This document shows positions 1 through 13,286 of a stretch of DNA of 64,000 nt, in pieces. The position numbers and the translations under genes are program-made. A model generated the notes under the pieces. It was given only the letters and a program-made list of their open reading frames with translations. It was not told the origin of the DNA and searched no databases. Origin of the DNA: Flectonema sp. DT1601 (Eukaryota); NCBI GenBank assembly GCA_964019425.1, contig OZ025790.1, positions 248,001-312,000 of the forward strand, written 5' to 3'. Every line of letters begins with the position of its first letter. The first letter of the stretch is position 1.

Positions 1-560
1 ATTTTCAGATATGATCAAATAATTTTTTTTTCTTTTTTTTCCGCAAGCAAAATAAAAGAGCAAAAAAAAGCACTGAAAAGGAAAAGAAAAAAACGATAAC
101 AACAAACGTAAGGCATTTCATAGGTTTATTTAAACTCGTTTGAAAGAAGAACAAAAAACTGATAGGTAACACAGTGACAATTTTTGTAGAACCGCGTCCA
201 CACAGTAAGCTGCAGTTTAAATATTCACCACCAAAAAATACCGTTATTGTTTTGTTTTATTTTGTGAATAGCAGGGAACACACAGTATTTGTAACACACT
301 TCTACTAAAAGATTAGAATGATATCACATGGTGAACTCTACACAACAACGAAACAGTAGCAACGTAACACTCAATCTTGTTAGGATTGTTGTGTCATCGT
401 CAGCTTTCCATCACATTGTCTGATTGTAGGCAGAAGTTACTGATGTAGAGACCATGACTAACGACCATCTGTCAATATAAAAAAAATTTTTTTTCTTCAC
501 ATGTGAATAGCAAAACACAGAATTTCACCCACGCAACACAAATTATATTTAAAAAAAAAA

Positions 561-595
<35 letters not shown>

Positions 596-721
596 CACCA
601 TGATGAAAATAATACATGCGAGAAAGATATTAATACAATAAGAGGGAGAATAAATGACTAACTTGATGATACTCTCTTTGAGCTGCATCATGAAAGGTAA
701 AGAATGAAAATATTTTATTTT

Positions 722-900
722 ACTTATTTATTTTACGAAGCCAAGGAATCCAGCTCAACAGAGGGGTAACAGCAATATCGCTACCAGCCAACCACGAGAC
801 TCTCACAGACGATAAGAGACGTAGAACAACCTGAAACGTACAACCACCGCCTGCGCGAGCAGACAGTGTTAGAGACGGCTGATAGTTAGAATATGAGTTT
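722..900 (-). repeat. Dispersed repeat family A, copy 1 (SINE/LINE 3'-end-like)
   Basis: Shares TACGAAGCC..GGGTAACAGCAATATCGCTACCAGC..TCACAGACGATAAGAGAC.TAGAA.AACCTGAAAC with copies at 2421 and 3686; (TAAA)n-like tail on the minus strand. Confidence 0.8.
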
Positions 901-1347
901 ATTATAAAAAAGTGCACTAAAATAAAATATAAAAAAGAAAAGTTATAAAAACACATTGTTCTGCTGTTCCATAGTGATAGTTAGTATCATTAATTTTAGA
1001 ACAGAAAAAGTGAGAATAAGAAAAGTAGAGATTAGTAAAAGAAAAGTATTCATTTCTGCAGTTTCCTAACATCAAAGGGTAATAGAATATGTAGTTTCAG
1101 GAGCCTTAATCTTATACTACTTGTCCCTTTTTAGTCCTTCATCAGTAAGTTCTAAGGGACTTCATTCTATGTTGAAGTTGCTATCGTTCAAAGATGAATG
1201 CTGTTCTATAATGATAGTTAGTCAGTTATATAATCCAACGTTACTGTATATTATGAGTGCTAGGCTGATGACGCATAATTTTCTAAATAAGACGAAAAGG
1301 TGTTCTAAACGAAATAACATTGTAACCCAGAGAATAGTAATTCTGAA

Positions 1348-1429
1348 CACAGCGAAATAGAAAAAAAATATCTGGACATAAAATAACGTCTCTTAGTCAG
1401 AATAAGTTTCTTCTCCGACTTTTTCGGTG
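1348..1429 (+). repeat. Family B, degenerate 3' half
   Basis: CACAGCGAAATAG...AAATAACG.CTCTTA.TC.GAATAAGTTTCTTCTCCGA....TCGGTG. Confidence 0.6.
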
Positions 1430-2420
1430 AAAAAAAAATAAAAAAATAAAAAAAATAAAATGGAAAGGCAACAAAAGTGATTTTGCTGATGTCTCCCCAT
1501 GTTGATAATTATGTACGAGAAAAAAAAAAAACGAAATGAGTCCATCTGCTGAGACATCCTATTTTCATGCATACTACGAACAGTTAGACAGCAGTCAATG
1601 TTGTTGTTGTTGTTGTTGTTGTTTTTTTTTTTTTTTCCCCTTCCAGTTAAAGAGGTTTCTAACTCAGAAAAATCATCACAAAACATATTTCACAGAAAAA
1701 AGTGATTAAAAAAAAAAAAAAACCCACTAAAAAAAATGGCTTAAAAAACAGAGATTTTAGTCTCACCCCTATTTCAATTATCAAATTGACAAGTGATCGT
1801 ACTATCAACTTTGTTAGTATTAAAACGATCATCAGTCAATTAATAAAAAAAACAACAACAAAAAATTTCAATCAAATGCGTTTGTAGCTGAGTTAGTTAA
1901 TAAGAGGATGGTCTCTCTTTTTCTCTTTTAGAGGGATAAACGATGATGTTGACACCTAACATCCGATAAATACATCAGCGATGCCAATACTCGCACGATT
2001 GAGGAAGAAGAAAGGGGAGCGGGTCATTCGACGCCGCGAAAACCGCATTCGCAGTCTGTAAAGGCAATTTGGACTGTTCAGCTTTGCCGTAAAACTGATT
2101 CGCCTCATTGACTCGGTACACAACAAATAATTTCCCTCGGATATAAAAAAAAGGATCCAAAAAAAAAAAAAAAAAAGCAGCGTTTCCATGGCATTCACCA
2201 AAAGAACTAAAAGTGAAGGAAAATGTAGTAAATCATAAAAAAGAAATGGAAGTAAACAAATAGTAGCTTCAGAACATTGTCTCCACTACACAAGGGTAGT
2301 ATCAGTTACCCAACATAAACAAACAAACCAAACAGAAATAAAATAATTATGCGTGTCTTTGTGTATGTTTACTAAATTTCAAAAAAAAAAAAAAAAGCAT
2401 CAAGTGTATCCAATATTTTC

Positions 2421-2554
2421 ATTTATTACGAAGCCTAGGAGCCAAAAAAGTCAACAGGGGGGTAACAGCAATATCGCTACCAGCGTGGGATTCACAGACG
2501 ATAAGAGACGTAGAATAACCTGAAACAAATGACCTACCTAAACCTACCACCCGC
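2421..2554 (-). repeat. Dispersed repeat family A, copy 2
   Basis: Aligns by eye with copies at 722 and 3686. Confidence 0.8.
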
Positions 2555-2704
2555 AATATTTGGATTTTTCTTTTTTTTAAAGAACGAAAAAGAAAAAAAA
2601 AGCAGTGAAAACAAAACGAACAAGAAACAAAAAAAAAAAAAAAAAAAAGGCCCTTCTGAGGGAAAAGTTTTCTTCCCAAACACATGCTTTGCAGAAAAGA
2701 AGAA

Positions 2705-2811
2705 ACCACTCAGATAACAGCCTTATATTTTGTTGATCGCAAACGGTAATACTGAGCGCGCACAGGGGAAGTAAACATACTCCTCCGAATAGTTTCCGAC
2801 ATCGTCGGTGC
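2705..2811 (+). repeat. Structured dispersed element family B, copy 1 (internally shortened)
   Basis: ACCACTCAGAT..AGCCTTATATTTTGTTGATCGCA...GAATAGTTT CCGAC ATC GTCGG. Confidence 0.8.
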
Positions 2812-3685
2812 AAAAAAAGAGGGGGGGAAAGAAAATGACAGCATTAATTTTCAGCCGTTCCATCTTCAAGTGTGTGTGGATGGCTGGATTAGCTTTTTGT
2901 TCAGAAATATTTAAAAAAAGATCTCTCATGTTAGTATCTTTTTTATGTAGTAATCAGTGAGGGAGAGAGAGGGAGGATCGATACCTTCTTTGTAAGGGGT
3001 AAACAATAGGGAAAAACCATTCCAATCATCCGTTTGTTGTTATGGTAGAAAAAAAAGGTGAACTTGCCATTTTGGGAGGGAGGTCCGAAGATGCACCATT
3101 CACGGTTTGTTAAAACCGTACCGATTTGCCACAGTAAACCTATCCTCCTCCTGAAAGTGCTACCATATTCCTGTTCAGGTTCAGGTATCTGCAGTCGTCT
3201 GAGAATTTCTATCGGCATTCTTCATCCTCGCCACGGCTCCTTTTCAAAAGGACAGGAAAAGCATGGCGGGTCAGTTTCAAGATGTGGAGTTAATGACCCC
3301 TGGTGGTATGAAAGAGCAAAGGACTAACTCTCTTGCATGTCTGCAACACAGTTGTATTGCACTCTCAGGCTGCGACTTCTCCGAAGACCAAAGGAAAGGC
3401 CTGCTCATGAAGTCTTCCCTGAAACAGGCAGCAAGAAGAGTAATCCGGATCTCAGAGATGCGCATATTCGCACATACTCTGCACCTCCCAAATGACAATT
3501 TTTTCAAAAAAAAGAAAAAAGAAAATAATCCTTTTAATTTCTAATTAATGAGCACTCCATCTTATAACAGTCACTGGGAAAGTTACTAAAAGAGAACTTT
3601 GAAAAAACTCAATCAGTAAAAGTGACTTGTGCTCTTGAGTCATCTTAGAAATACAAAGTTACAATATGAGGTTTTTGTTATAAAT

Positions 3686-3846
3686 ATTTATTTATTTACG
3701 AAGCCTAGGAAGCCAAAAGTCAGGGAAAGCTCAACAGGGTAACAGTTAGATTGCTACCAGCCAACCATGAGACTCTCACAGACGATAAGAGATACAGAAT
3801 AACCTGAAACAAATGACCTACCTAAACCCACCGCCCCGCATAGAGA
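3686..3846 (-). repeat. Dispersed repeat family A, copy 3
   Basis: Aligns with copies 1 and 2; begins with (ATTT)3 on the plus strand. Confidence 0.8.
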
Positions 3847-6134
3847 CGAATAGTGCAACTAAAACAAAACACACACACAATAAAATACGTAGTTTCAGGA
3901 GCCTTATGATTTTTTTTTTTTTTTTTGAAGTAAAAACCCCCACGGGGGTAACAGCAATTCGGTACAACAGCCGTAGTTATCTTTGAGTTTAATAAAACCA
4001 TAAAAAAAGAGTAAGCAAAGTCCAGAACTGATGACTGCAGGTCGCCCTACAACTTCGAAAACTGAGTTCATACTATCACCACGGAAATCAATACAAAAAC
4101 CCAAACACTAATCAATAGCAACTGACAATTGTAGAATGTTAAAAGTATTTTATGATTTCAAAAAAATTTAAAAAAAAAAATATTATTTTCAGACAAAATG
4201 AATAGATGACCATGAAACCAATTGTTACAAAAGTAGTAGCAACGACGGGCCATTTCTGAAGTCTGAAATACGAGACATGCTCATGTTTCTTTCTTTTTCT
4301 TTTTTTTTTCCCCCTCTTTTCTTTGTTTTCACAACAAGAAAACAAAACAAAGGAAGAGAGGATTCTTTGAAAAAAAAAAAAAGAGGAGGAGGAGATGGGA
4401 CTGGGAATGTGAAATTATGAACAATCTCAAATAGCAGATGAGATAATTCAAGAAAAAAAAGAGAAAAAAAATGAAAAACATTTCCGTGGGTACATTTCAT
4501 TCATTTATCTCCGGAAAGATCTTACACAAATCGGACGGGCGACAAGATTGATTGGTCGCATAGTTTGAGAATAAACTTCTAAAAACACAAAGTATGTATT
4601 GTATCAAAATATTTAAATGAGTTCGAAGGGGAGTAAAGGGATGAAAGCACCCCCATCTAAAGAAAAAAAGAAAAAGCTAAAATATATGAACAGCAAGACT
4701 TAACGTCTTCTTTAAGAATAATCAATATTTTCAACTAACCACGACGTTGACCTCCCAAAAATTTTACACTAACCTCAGTTAGGATATCTTTTTGCTAGCG
4801 ATCAAAATCAGGTTGTTTATTTATTGGTGTTCAAAAGTCTCGGAAAGAGAGAGAAGAAGGGAAAAAAAAGGAAACCGACACGCATTAATAGCGACAAACT
4901 TTATACCCATTCTCAATACTGTAATAAAAAAAAAAAATAGGTTTCGTTTGGCAAAAAGCTAAAAAACCCTTCGCAGTTTTTTTTTTTTTGAATTTTTGGG
5001 GGGAAAAGGAGGAGAAAAAAGAGGAAAAAAAAGAAGAAAAAAAATTGTGAACATTTCTCCGTTACGGTATCGAAAACTCAATAGCAGCACTCGAGATAAC
5101 AACCGCAGTGGACATGAGGAAAACACCCGTAAGTACCAAAGAAAAGAGGTGATTTAATATTATAAAGGAGGAAGTGAAGGAAGTGAAGAATACGTTTGTG
5201 TTGGTTAGTAACAATGATGATCAGTCAACTAAAAAAACAACAACAAAAATTTCGCAACGATTCGTAGGACAACAAACAAATAATGGTTGGGGTTTTCGGA
5301 CTAAAATTAAAAAATCTTTCTTCGGACTATTCCCCCTACCCAGCCCTCTTCAGTGAAGAGAGTTAAGGGGGACACTGCGGTCTCAGGCCTGTCCTACTAA
5401 TCGCGTTTGCCCTTTTCAGCAAAGGGACTACGTCAACCAGGTTTGTTTAATTATCTAACAGATCATTGAGTATCAGTCAGGTAGACGCTCAAATAAAACC
5501 TGGTTGTTGCTCTTCGTCATTTAGGGATTTCTGATGTCTAAGAGGGGATGTATGTTCGATGATGCACCATACTCGCAGATACGACATAACTAAAGGCGAT
5601 GCGCAACTTAGCATAATAAAGTAACTAAGTTTTCGAGAGTAATCCATATACCTAACATCTAAGAGGGGAACATGGAATTATTTTTTTTTTTTTACTTTTT
5701 TTAAGGGAGATTGAATAAAAAGATTATTATGTATAAAATAAAAATAAAAAAACTCTGAACACCGGTCGTTCACAATAAAATAAAGATGTCAAGAGAGGCA
5801 CCGCTTTTTTAATTTGGATAAATTGTTTATCGAATTTGTTTTTAAGGATTTTTTATGTTCCAAATAAGATAACAAAAAAAAACCACCCCCCCGGACTCCT
5901 ATCGAAATCTTTGAAGGAGTCGGGCACATGTAATCTCCAAAGGTGCCAACCAAGACTTGTGAGAAAATATAAACATGACGAACAAGACCAAACAGAAATG
6001 AAACAAAATAAATTCCTAACAATTACGTTGCCAGGTTTTTTTTTTTTTTTTTTTTTTTCCCGAGCAAAAGTAATATTTTAACCTCGCTAACATAACAGAG
6101 CAGGGCTCCAGAAAATTAACGAGGAAAAAGGGGG

Positions 6135-6166
<32 letters not shown>

Positions 6167-8254
6167 AAATTTCATTGTAAATAAAGGGTAATAGAACAGA
6201 TCATCAAAGTCAGGTAAACTATTGTGAAAAAAGTTAAGGGCTGATGAATTTGATTGGCTAAGCAATTCATTGTATATAATTGGATACCTTCTAAACTTGA
6301 TTCCAAGAAATTGTGTCTCTTATATTCACCACTAATTATATACTTTTGTCTTTTGCACTAAAACGTTATTCAAATAGACGTGTGAGCTTGTCTATAAGAA
6401 ACATATTCCGCCAACTTTATTTTTCATTTTTTTTTTTTTTTCATTCTCCATGTTTTTTTTATTTTTTTATTTTATTTTATTTTATTTTTTTTTTTTTTTT
6501 TTTCATTCTCTGTATTTGGTATTCAACGTTACCAAAATAGCAACTTTTTTGGTACAAATACAGATTAAAAAGAAAAAAAAAAAAAAAAAAAGAAGAAAAA
6601 AGAAAAAAAAAATAATGAAAAAACGGAGGAGAAAAGAAAGAAAAAAAAAAAAACGAGAAGAAGAAAAAGGAACAAAAAAGAAATAATAAATAATACAATA
6701 CCTCCCTCCCGACAATTAAGTTGTCGGTTAAAGTTGCTCAATAATTATGAGAATTTATCCATAATAATCCTGCACTAGATATGCTGCAAGAAGAGGGCGC
6801 ATCTGAGATTCATGGCACCGTTTTTTTTTTTATTAAATTTGTATTATCGGTGCCATTTATTTATTCATACGATTGGTAAAACTTAACAGAAAACAAATTG
6901 GGTGGTCTATATAAACTCACGTAAGCTCCATGAGCCAGGCAACAGACTTTGAGAAAACCTTAAAAAGGAGTAGAGAGAGTCACTGTCTATCAGGAACACA
7001 ATAAAAGTGTATCCGATCAGACTTGTGCAACACTCAATGAGGAAAAAGAAAAATTAAAAAACTTTTTCTCCTTTTTCGGGACAAATCACCGGAAAGAGCT
7101 AAAAAAAAAAAAAGATTTGCAAACCGCCCTACTCGAGAAATCAAACAAGGATGGCTCCGTGTAATATATAAATAAGTGTTCTAACGCACAACGCACGCAC
7201 TGTGTGAGTGTAGCTTAGTGCAATTTTGTTTTTGTTTTTGTTTTTTTTAAATCACAATTTGAGGGGGAAAAAAAATGAACAGACAATTCAATCAGAGGAG
7301 GAAAGAGGAGAAAATCAAAGATTTCAGAGCAACCGTTTTTTTTTTCATTTTTAAAAACATCAGAAGAAAAAGAAGAAGAAAAAACGATTGCTCTTTTTGT
7401 TTGCTCACAATCAGATAAAAAAAAAAGAAAAGAAAAGAAAAAAAAAGCACTGCTGGAAACTCGTACAAGGTGCGGCTTCCCAACACTGCGACAAAAAAAA
7501 AAAAAAAAAAAAGTATTCGGCTTTTGTGAAATGTAATTTTTTTTTTTTTTTTTTTTTTTTAAAAAATGGGATAACAATATAGAGGGTGTAATTATGCTTT
7601 TAGAAAAACTACTCTACTCGAGCATTTGCAGTATTTTCGATTTAGATAATGATTAACTCATAAGAAAAAGTTAATTGTTCGTACACCGTTTTTTTTTTTT
7701 TCTTTTTTCTTTCTTTTTTTTTTTGCAGGAAAAACTCGCAGAAATACACGCGGTCTCCCCCCAAAACACAAACTTTATAAATTAAAAAAAAAAAAAAAAA
7801 AAACTAAAAACAATTAAGTTACTTTTTTTTTTGCTGGTCAAGAGATAATAAAACAGAAACAAAAACAAAAAGATGGAAATATCCGTCTTTTTCTTTTTTT
7901 AAAAAGCACAGCGTGAATAATCACACCACCGAGAAGACACACATGCATAGTGACGAAGTGACCCCCCATTTTTGGTAACGTGCATACTTTATAACAACCA
8001 TGTGATATAAGCAGCCGTAGTAAATATAATAGTTGAAAAAAGAATGATTTTTCAACCTAGAAAGGTCGGGAAAAGTTTCCTAACCACGGTAATGAGTTTA
8101 TGTTAATTTTTTTTATTTTAAATTAGAAAAAGAAAAGGCAATAAAGATATCGCTACCAACCGTGTCACTGATGTCTTTGGCAAAACTTATATACAACCAG
8201 GTCCGAGTAAAAAGAGGCTTTTTTTTTTTCTCTCAAAGTAGGACTGGCGAAGGA

Positions 8255-9496
8255 TTATTCTACAGACATGCTTCCATCATTAGGTTTTTTTTTTGAATTC
8301 CTTGACACTCTCTTACGTCTTTGCTGATCATGTAACTGACCCTGGATAGCAGCCCACTGGATAGCATCTAATGCTGAAGTCATTTCGACCTTTACTGCAG
8401 CAGTATGAGAAGCAGGTAAGCATGGTAAATATAAATACGATTGAATATGAACAGCTACGTAGTATGGAACATTAAGACATCCTCTGGAATACACTAATCT
8501 GAGTAACATTTGATCATCAGATATTGTGTTTTTAGCGACACCGAGAGAGTACGAGATAGACTTCTCTCTTGCTAAGTCACGACCGTATCTCACAGAAGAC
8601 ATAGGAACAATTCCAATAGTAAGTGGTTGTGATGGTTTTAAAGGATTACCACCACCAACACTAGTCGACAATGCTGTCAACGTTGCTTCAGGAACTACCG
8701 TACCAGGAGTAATAACTGATATAGTGTTTCCAAGGATTCCCAATGTTAATGAATGTCCTCCCTGCTTTTGAAAACTTTTTGCTTTTCCTCCCAACAAGGA
8801 CATCACGTATCCCAACAACGCTGAAGGACTTTGCTCTTGTTTCGGTTCCGGTTCAGTCGCTTGTGATACTAATTTCTGAGTGTGGTGTTCATCAATAAAC
8901 TTAAACATATCAGCAGCGCTATATGGAAGGACAACAGGATTAGTTTGAGGTGCAGCTGTCGTCGTCAATACTAAATTTGAGGAATTACCTGACGGCTTTA
9001 CTTTGAAAGATGCACACAAATTAGTCGCCGACATGACAGCAGCAAGTGATCCAGGAACCGCTTTACCAGTTGGTGGTTGGATTGGGTGTGGAGCATATAT
9101 GGTGAGAGGGATGTTTTTTAGTGAAGAGAAATCAGATATCAATCTCTTGAGAGCCTGTCTTGACCTTATGCGTTCATCTTGACTGAGATCACTGAGTAGC
9201 ATTATAACTGTGTTCGGTTGCTCCTTTAAGTGGGTTAACCATTTTCCGATTGATTTTTTTATCTCGTCCCAAATCTCAACTTTTTTTCCATTTTTTTGAA
9301 TATATTTTCCACCAATGCAAAGTAATCTTCCAAAGGCGAACGGAACTCCGGATTTTACTATTTCAACGTGGGGGGTGTCGATGCTTCCTTCGACGATTAC
9401 TTTTCCAGTTCCAACCAACTTCTCACGACGGAGCCTATCAATACCATCACCGCTAATATCTAATACGACTGCTCTGAGTGACTGAGACTGACCCAT
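8255..9496 (-). CDS. Hypothetical protein (~413 aa), possible N-myristoylation
   Basis: Long ORF with protein-like composition. The likely ATG at 9496 (MGQSQS, G2/S6 myristoylation pattern) follows a poly-T tract and TTCTTCAG acceptor ending at 9515. No family recognised. Confidence 0.75.
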   Translation of the reverse strand: MGQSQSLRAVVLDISGDGIDRLRREKLVGTGKVIVEGSIDTPHVEIVKSGVPFAFGRLLCIGGKYIQKNGKKVEIWDEIKKSIGKWLTHLKEQPNTVIMLLSDLSQDERIRSRQALKRLISDFSSLKNIPLTIYAPHPIQPPTGKAVPGSLAAVMSATNLCASFKVKPSGNSSNLVLTTTAAPQTNPVVLPYSAADMFKFIDEHHTQKLVSQATEPEPKQEQSPSALLGYVMSLLGGKAKSFQKQGGHSLTLGILGNTISVITPGTVVPEATLTALSTSVGGGNPLKPSQPLTIGIVPMSSVRYGRDLAREKSISYSLGVAKNTISDDQMLLRLVYSRGCLNVPYYVAVHIQSYLYLPCLPASHTAAVKVEMTSALDAIQWAAIQGQLHDQQRRKRVSRNSKKKPNDGSMSVE

Positions 9497-9943
9497 TAGT
9501 GTGGATTGGGTTAACTGAAGAAATAAAAAAAAAAAAGTTATAAAACAAAACAATTGCACAACTTTATTTATTTTTCTTTTTTTTTTTTTTTTTTTTTTTT
9601 TTCAATCCTTTTCAACAATGAAAAAGAATACAAAAGAAAAAAAAATTACTTTAAGATACAGGCATACATTTAGTAATACAAAAACACAAATCATCACAAA
9701 AAGGATTCATAAAAAACCAAATTATAATAAAAAGAAAAAACTTTATTAGTAATATTACGAGAGGGAAAAAAAGAAAAGAAAAAAAAACACATTTTTTTTC
9801 CCTCATTTCTAATTAAATAAACGAGTTAAAAAAAAAAAAAAAATTTCCCCTCCACCCGATGATATTGAGAGTAGCTCTAAGAGTTTTTAAAAAAAAAAAA
9901 AAAAAACTCTCAACCGACTGTGAACTATAATTCATATTAGTAT

Positions 9944-10570
9944 TTACATAGTCTCACGAAGACAAGCGTCAACAACACATCTGCGTGTTTCCATACTGAG
10001 AGAAGGGTTAGCGGAACAGGTAACTTCAATGATCGGTGAGGTATCGAAACGTTCTGATAAACCTGATAATCTATTAACGAGAATATTGTCTGCTTTGAAA
10101 ACTAAATCTCCAAACTCACCTTCGATAGTCATATCATGTGTTGATGTTGACTCAGCAATAGCACTACCTCTATATCCTAACTTTATCAATTCATGACGTA
10201 GAAGTAATCCGTGAACAGTCCAAGATCGATCCCCTGTTGTGATTGTTCTCATGCAATTCCACTCACGGTTTAACAGAGCTTCACAGACAACTTCCCAGTT
10301 GGAATGACCAATATCCATTTCAAACCGCTTTCCTGATTGAATCATTATAATGGTAAGAATAGCGTTGTTTACATCAGCAGTCACAAGTGGTGCTGCCAAC
10401 TCAGTTGGACTGCCTGGTTGATATCTCTGTGGCTCAGCACTACCTCCATTTTCATTTCCCTTTCCAAATCCCAACATCCTCCACATTACATACAGACATA
10501 TCAATGCCCATGGCTGAGCAACGCCTATTATACTGAGAGTGCATGTGTAGTCACATAAGTCTAAAGCCAT
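9944..10570 (-). CDS. Hypothetical membrane protein (208 aa), one N-terminal hydrophobic helix
   Basis: ATG-initiated ORF with hydrophobic stretch LSIIGVAQPWALICLYVMW; same strand as neighbouring genes. Confidence 0.65.
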   Translation of the reverse strand: MALDLCDYTCTLSIIGVAQPWALICLYVMWRMLGFGKGNENGGSAEPQRYQPGSPTELAAPLVTADVNNAILTIIMIQSGKRFEMDIGHSNWEVVCEALLNREWNCMRTITTGDRSWTVHGLLLRHELIKLGYRGSAIAESTSTHDMTIEGEFGDLVFKADNILVNRLSGLSERFDTSPIIEVTCSANPSLSMETRRCVVDACLRETM

Positions 10571-12489
10571 TTAAATGGCTTTTCGTGCCTGGTGTTTTTT
10601 TTAAATAAAAATAAAACTGACTCTCACAATAAATTATGATTTCACTATAACAAAATATTGTATTTCGGATGAAACATGCTGTCGTTTACTTTTGCTTGTG
10701 GTGTGAGGGTGCGCACGGGGGGAAAGAAAAAGACGAAGAAGAAGGAAAAAAAAAGAAGGGGAAAAAAATCGAACAAAAATGTCGACAATATGCTGTATAT
10801 GGTGTTAATTACGTTTCACCCATTTTTCCCATCAAAGAGGAAGTGATGGGAACAGGGAGAAGGGAGGTGATGCGGGGTACAAACAATAATTTTTCGAAAA
10901 TCTTTTTTTTTTTTTTTTCTTCCATCATTCACTGAAGGGGTATTTCTTCGCGAACACGGGCTCGCACGCGGTACAAAAGGTTCTTCATTTTTTTTTTTTT
11001 AAAGTTTTTTTATTTTCCAACCATAATAACTTTTAGAACAATGCCTTTCTGTAGTTTGCCACAGAATCCATCTGCCACTACGCAGTCTACTAACGAAAAA
11101 AAAAAAAGAAAAACCTCATAAACGCTAATATAAATATTGCTACTATACCCAGGGGGGTAGATGCGGCAACCTCTGAAGCTGCTACATACTGGGGAGACAA
11201 CTGGAAGAGTTCGGCTATCTTTTTTGTTACTTAACACATGACAGATCACTCCCACAAAATGTGAGGGTCTGCATGGGTTTCATATATGATAACTACCACT
11301 GGTATATTATCATTTTTCAAGTAACAATAAAAAGAAAAAAAGAATTTTTTTTTTTTTTAAAAAAAAACTATAAAATCGTGAAGACACATTCAACGAAACT
11401 CACTGTGACCCCTGTCAGGGTTCATCGCTTCGAGAAGGAGGAGAAGAAGAAAAGAATGACTCCGAAGGACTTGTTGCAGTGAACTGGGATGCTGGGGAGG
11501 GGGTAATTGTTTGATTTTATAAGATACCAACCGCATAACATCATAAAATACTAAATCACGATGATGCATAACTTAGAAGTAGCTGAACAGCTCGGGGGGG
11601 AAGGGGCGGGTCATTTGTCGTAAAACATGAATAACCAACATTTTTTTAACTGAAAAAAAAAGTTTTTTCTACATCAACAACATCAATACTCCACATCGAC
11701 AGAGGGAAGCCGATTTCAGAGCAAATTACCTCAAATAACGGAACTCGAAAGAAAGCTTTGTACTCTGATGGGGTCCAATCTCGAAGGGAGCAGCAGAGTA
11801 AAAATAGCTGCCTCTAATCACAAAAAAGAAAAAACTGCTACAACGGAAGGAATACCAACCGAGGAGATAAAGAACAACATAAGCCACCAACACATCACTG
11901 GACAACTTAGCTGCGGAAAAAAAGGAAACAGAAAAGAAAAGGAGAGAAGAAGAAGAAGAAGAAATACAACACTTTTGTTGGTGCCAATGAGAGACACCAA
12001 TGGAACAGATGGCTCATTTAGAAAACGGGACCACCACTACTGTTGTTATCATTGACAAGAACTGACTACAATAGTTTTTTAAATTAAAAAAAAAATGTGA
12101 GAAGGAACAACTATAGGAAAACTGAATGTCTCCCCAACCTTCCCTTCCCTCGTAATAAAAAAACGCATCCAGATGTGTGAGGTGACTAACAACTTGGATA
12201 ACACAACTGTCCCACATTCGATTCCCGCACTTTATCACAAATATGAAACACCAAACGATGGTACGCACTGGAGGGGTGGTTGGAGTTAGACTGCAGAAAA
12301 ACAAACAAAAAAAACTACGTAAAAAAATATCGCAGACAGGTAGGGGAAGGGAACGACGTGATGAGGCGCACAGGCAGTGTAATTTCTGTGGGGATTTTGG
12401 CCTCCAAAAAAAGAAATTCTTGAAAAGGGCCATTGGGAATCCCCCCAAAAATTTGATGCCAGATTTTTTTTTTTTTTTTGCTCTTAGCA

Positions 12490-13000
12490 GCATGAGGGCA
12501 CCAAACGCAAATCTCCTGGTTACTACTGGTAACATCGGTGAGACTGAACGAGTATTCTCCGTTCAGAAGTTCCTAAGACAAGGCTTCGCTCTCACACCAT
12601 TGATGACCAACTGCTTCCAGATGATGACGGGCGAGGGATGGTTCAATGTCTGACGATAAAGGCTTCCGAGCCCACGAGAGGTCCCGAGAGACCCTTCGCA
12701 GACCCTTCAACCTAAACCCATGAAAGAGCCACACCGGTATGGTAGACAATTAAGCACTCTCGTCGTGTTAGCCAAGCGTGTGGATATTTTATCAGAACTC
12801 TGGCTGCCCTTTAATTTGCCTGGCAAATAAAGCCAACTTGTAGCCTGTAAGTGTTGTGTTAATTGTTGATCTATCCTGCCCTCTGTAATCTTGTCATCCT
12901 GCGTGTCAGCTAAGCCCTTCAGTGCACATCATTCCGCTCCCCTCCCCCCAACCTTGGCGATGTATGTAGTATGAGGGGCCCAAAAATACGCTGGGATCTT
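12490..13000 (+). mobile_element. Decayed non-LTR retrotransposon (LINE) reverse-transcriptase fragment
   Basis: Translation GNIGETERVFSVQKFLRQGFALTPLMTNCF matches the non-LTR RT motif G-x-RQG-x-x-LSP-x-LFN. A KY(A/L)G-like motif lies near 12984. Stops and frameshifts lie between them, and GC is locally higher. Confidence 0.6.
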
Positions 13001-13286
13001 TTTTAAAAAAAAAAAAGAAAACTAACTTTTTTTATATTTTTTCTTTTTTTTTTTTTTTTTTTTTTTTTTTCCCCCCCAAAACATAAAAGAAAAAACGATT
13101 CTGCCGTCATCGAACCACAACATAACACGAAAAAAAGGAAAGAACAAATGACAGTAACATCCAATGGATATTCTCAATCAATATTTTATGTCGTTGTAAG
13201 CCTAGTTTAGACTAAATAATGACCTCATCACAGACAATGAAATCACACTGTAGTATAATACCTCAATAAGAAACTACTCAGTTCTT

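Noticed and set aside
2943..3510. GC-richer stretch with CRVC...LLAAC, resembling a LINE C-terminal zinc knuckle
   Set aside because: The conserved His is missing and no RT or endonuclease motif is adjacent; too weak to call.
722..3846. Family A as spliced-leader RNA genes or a CRISPR-like array
   Set aside because: No recognisable euglenozoan SL exon or donor; spacing is irregular and copies are diverged; eukaryotic context.
4020..4075. CTGATGA...CGAAA hammerhead-like boxes on the plus strand
   Set aside because: Stem I cannot form and the stem II closing pair is wrong.
1..8200. Many 60-170-aa ORFs rich in poly-F/poly-K, here and in other intergenic regions
   Set aside because: Translations of poly-T/poly-A tracts, often with non-ATG starts and no protein-like composition.
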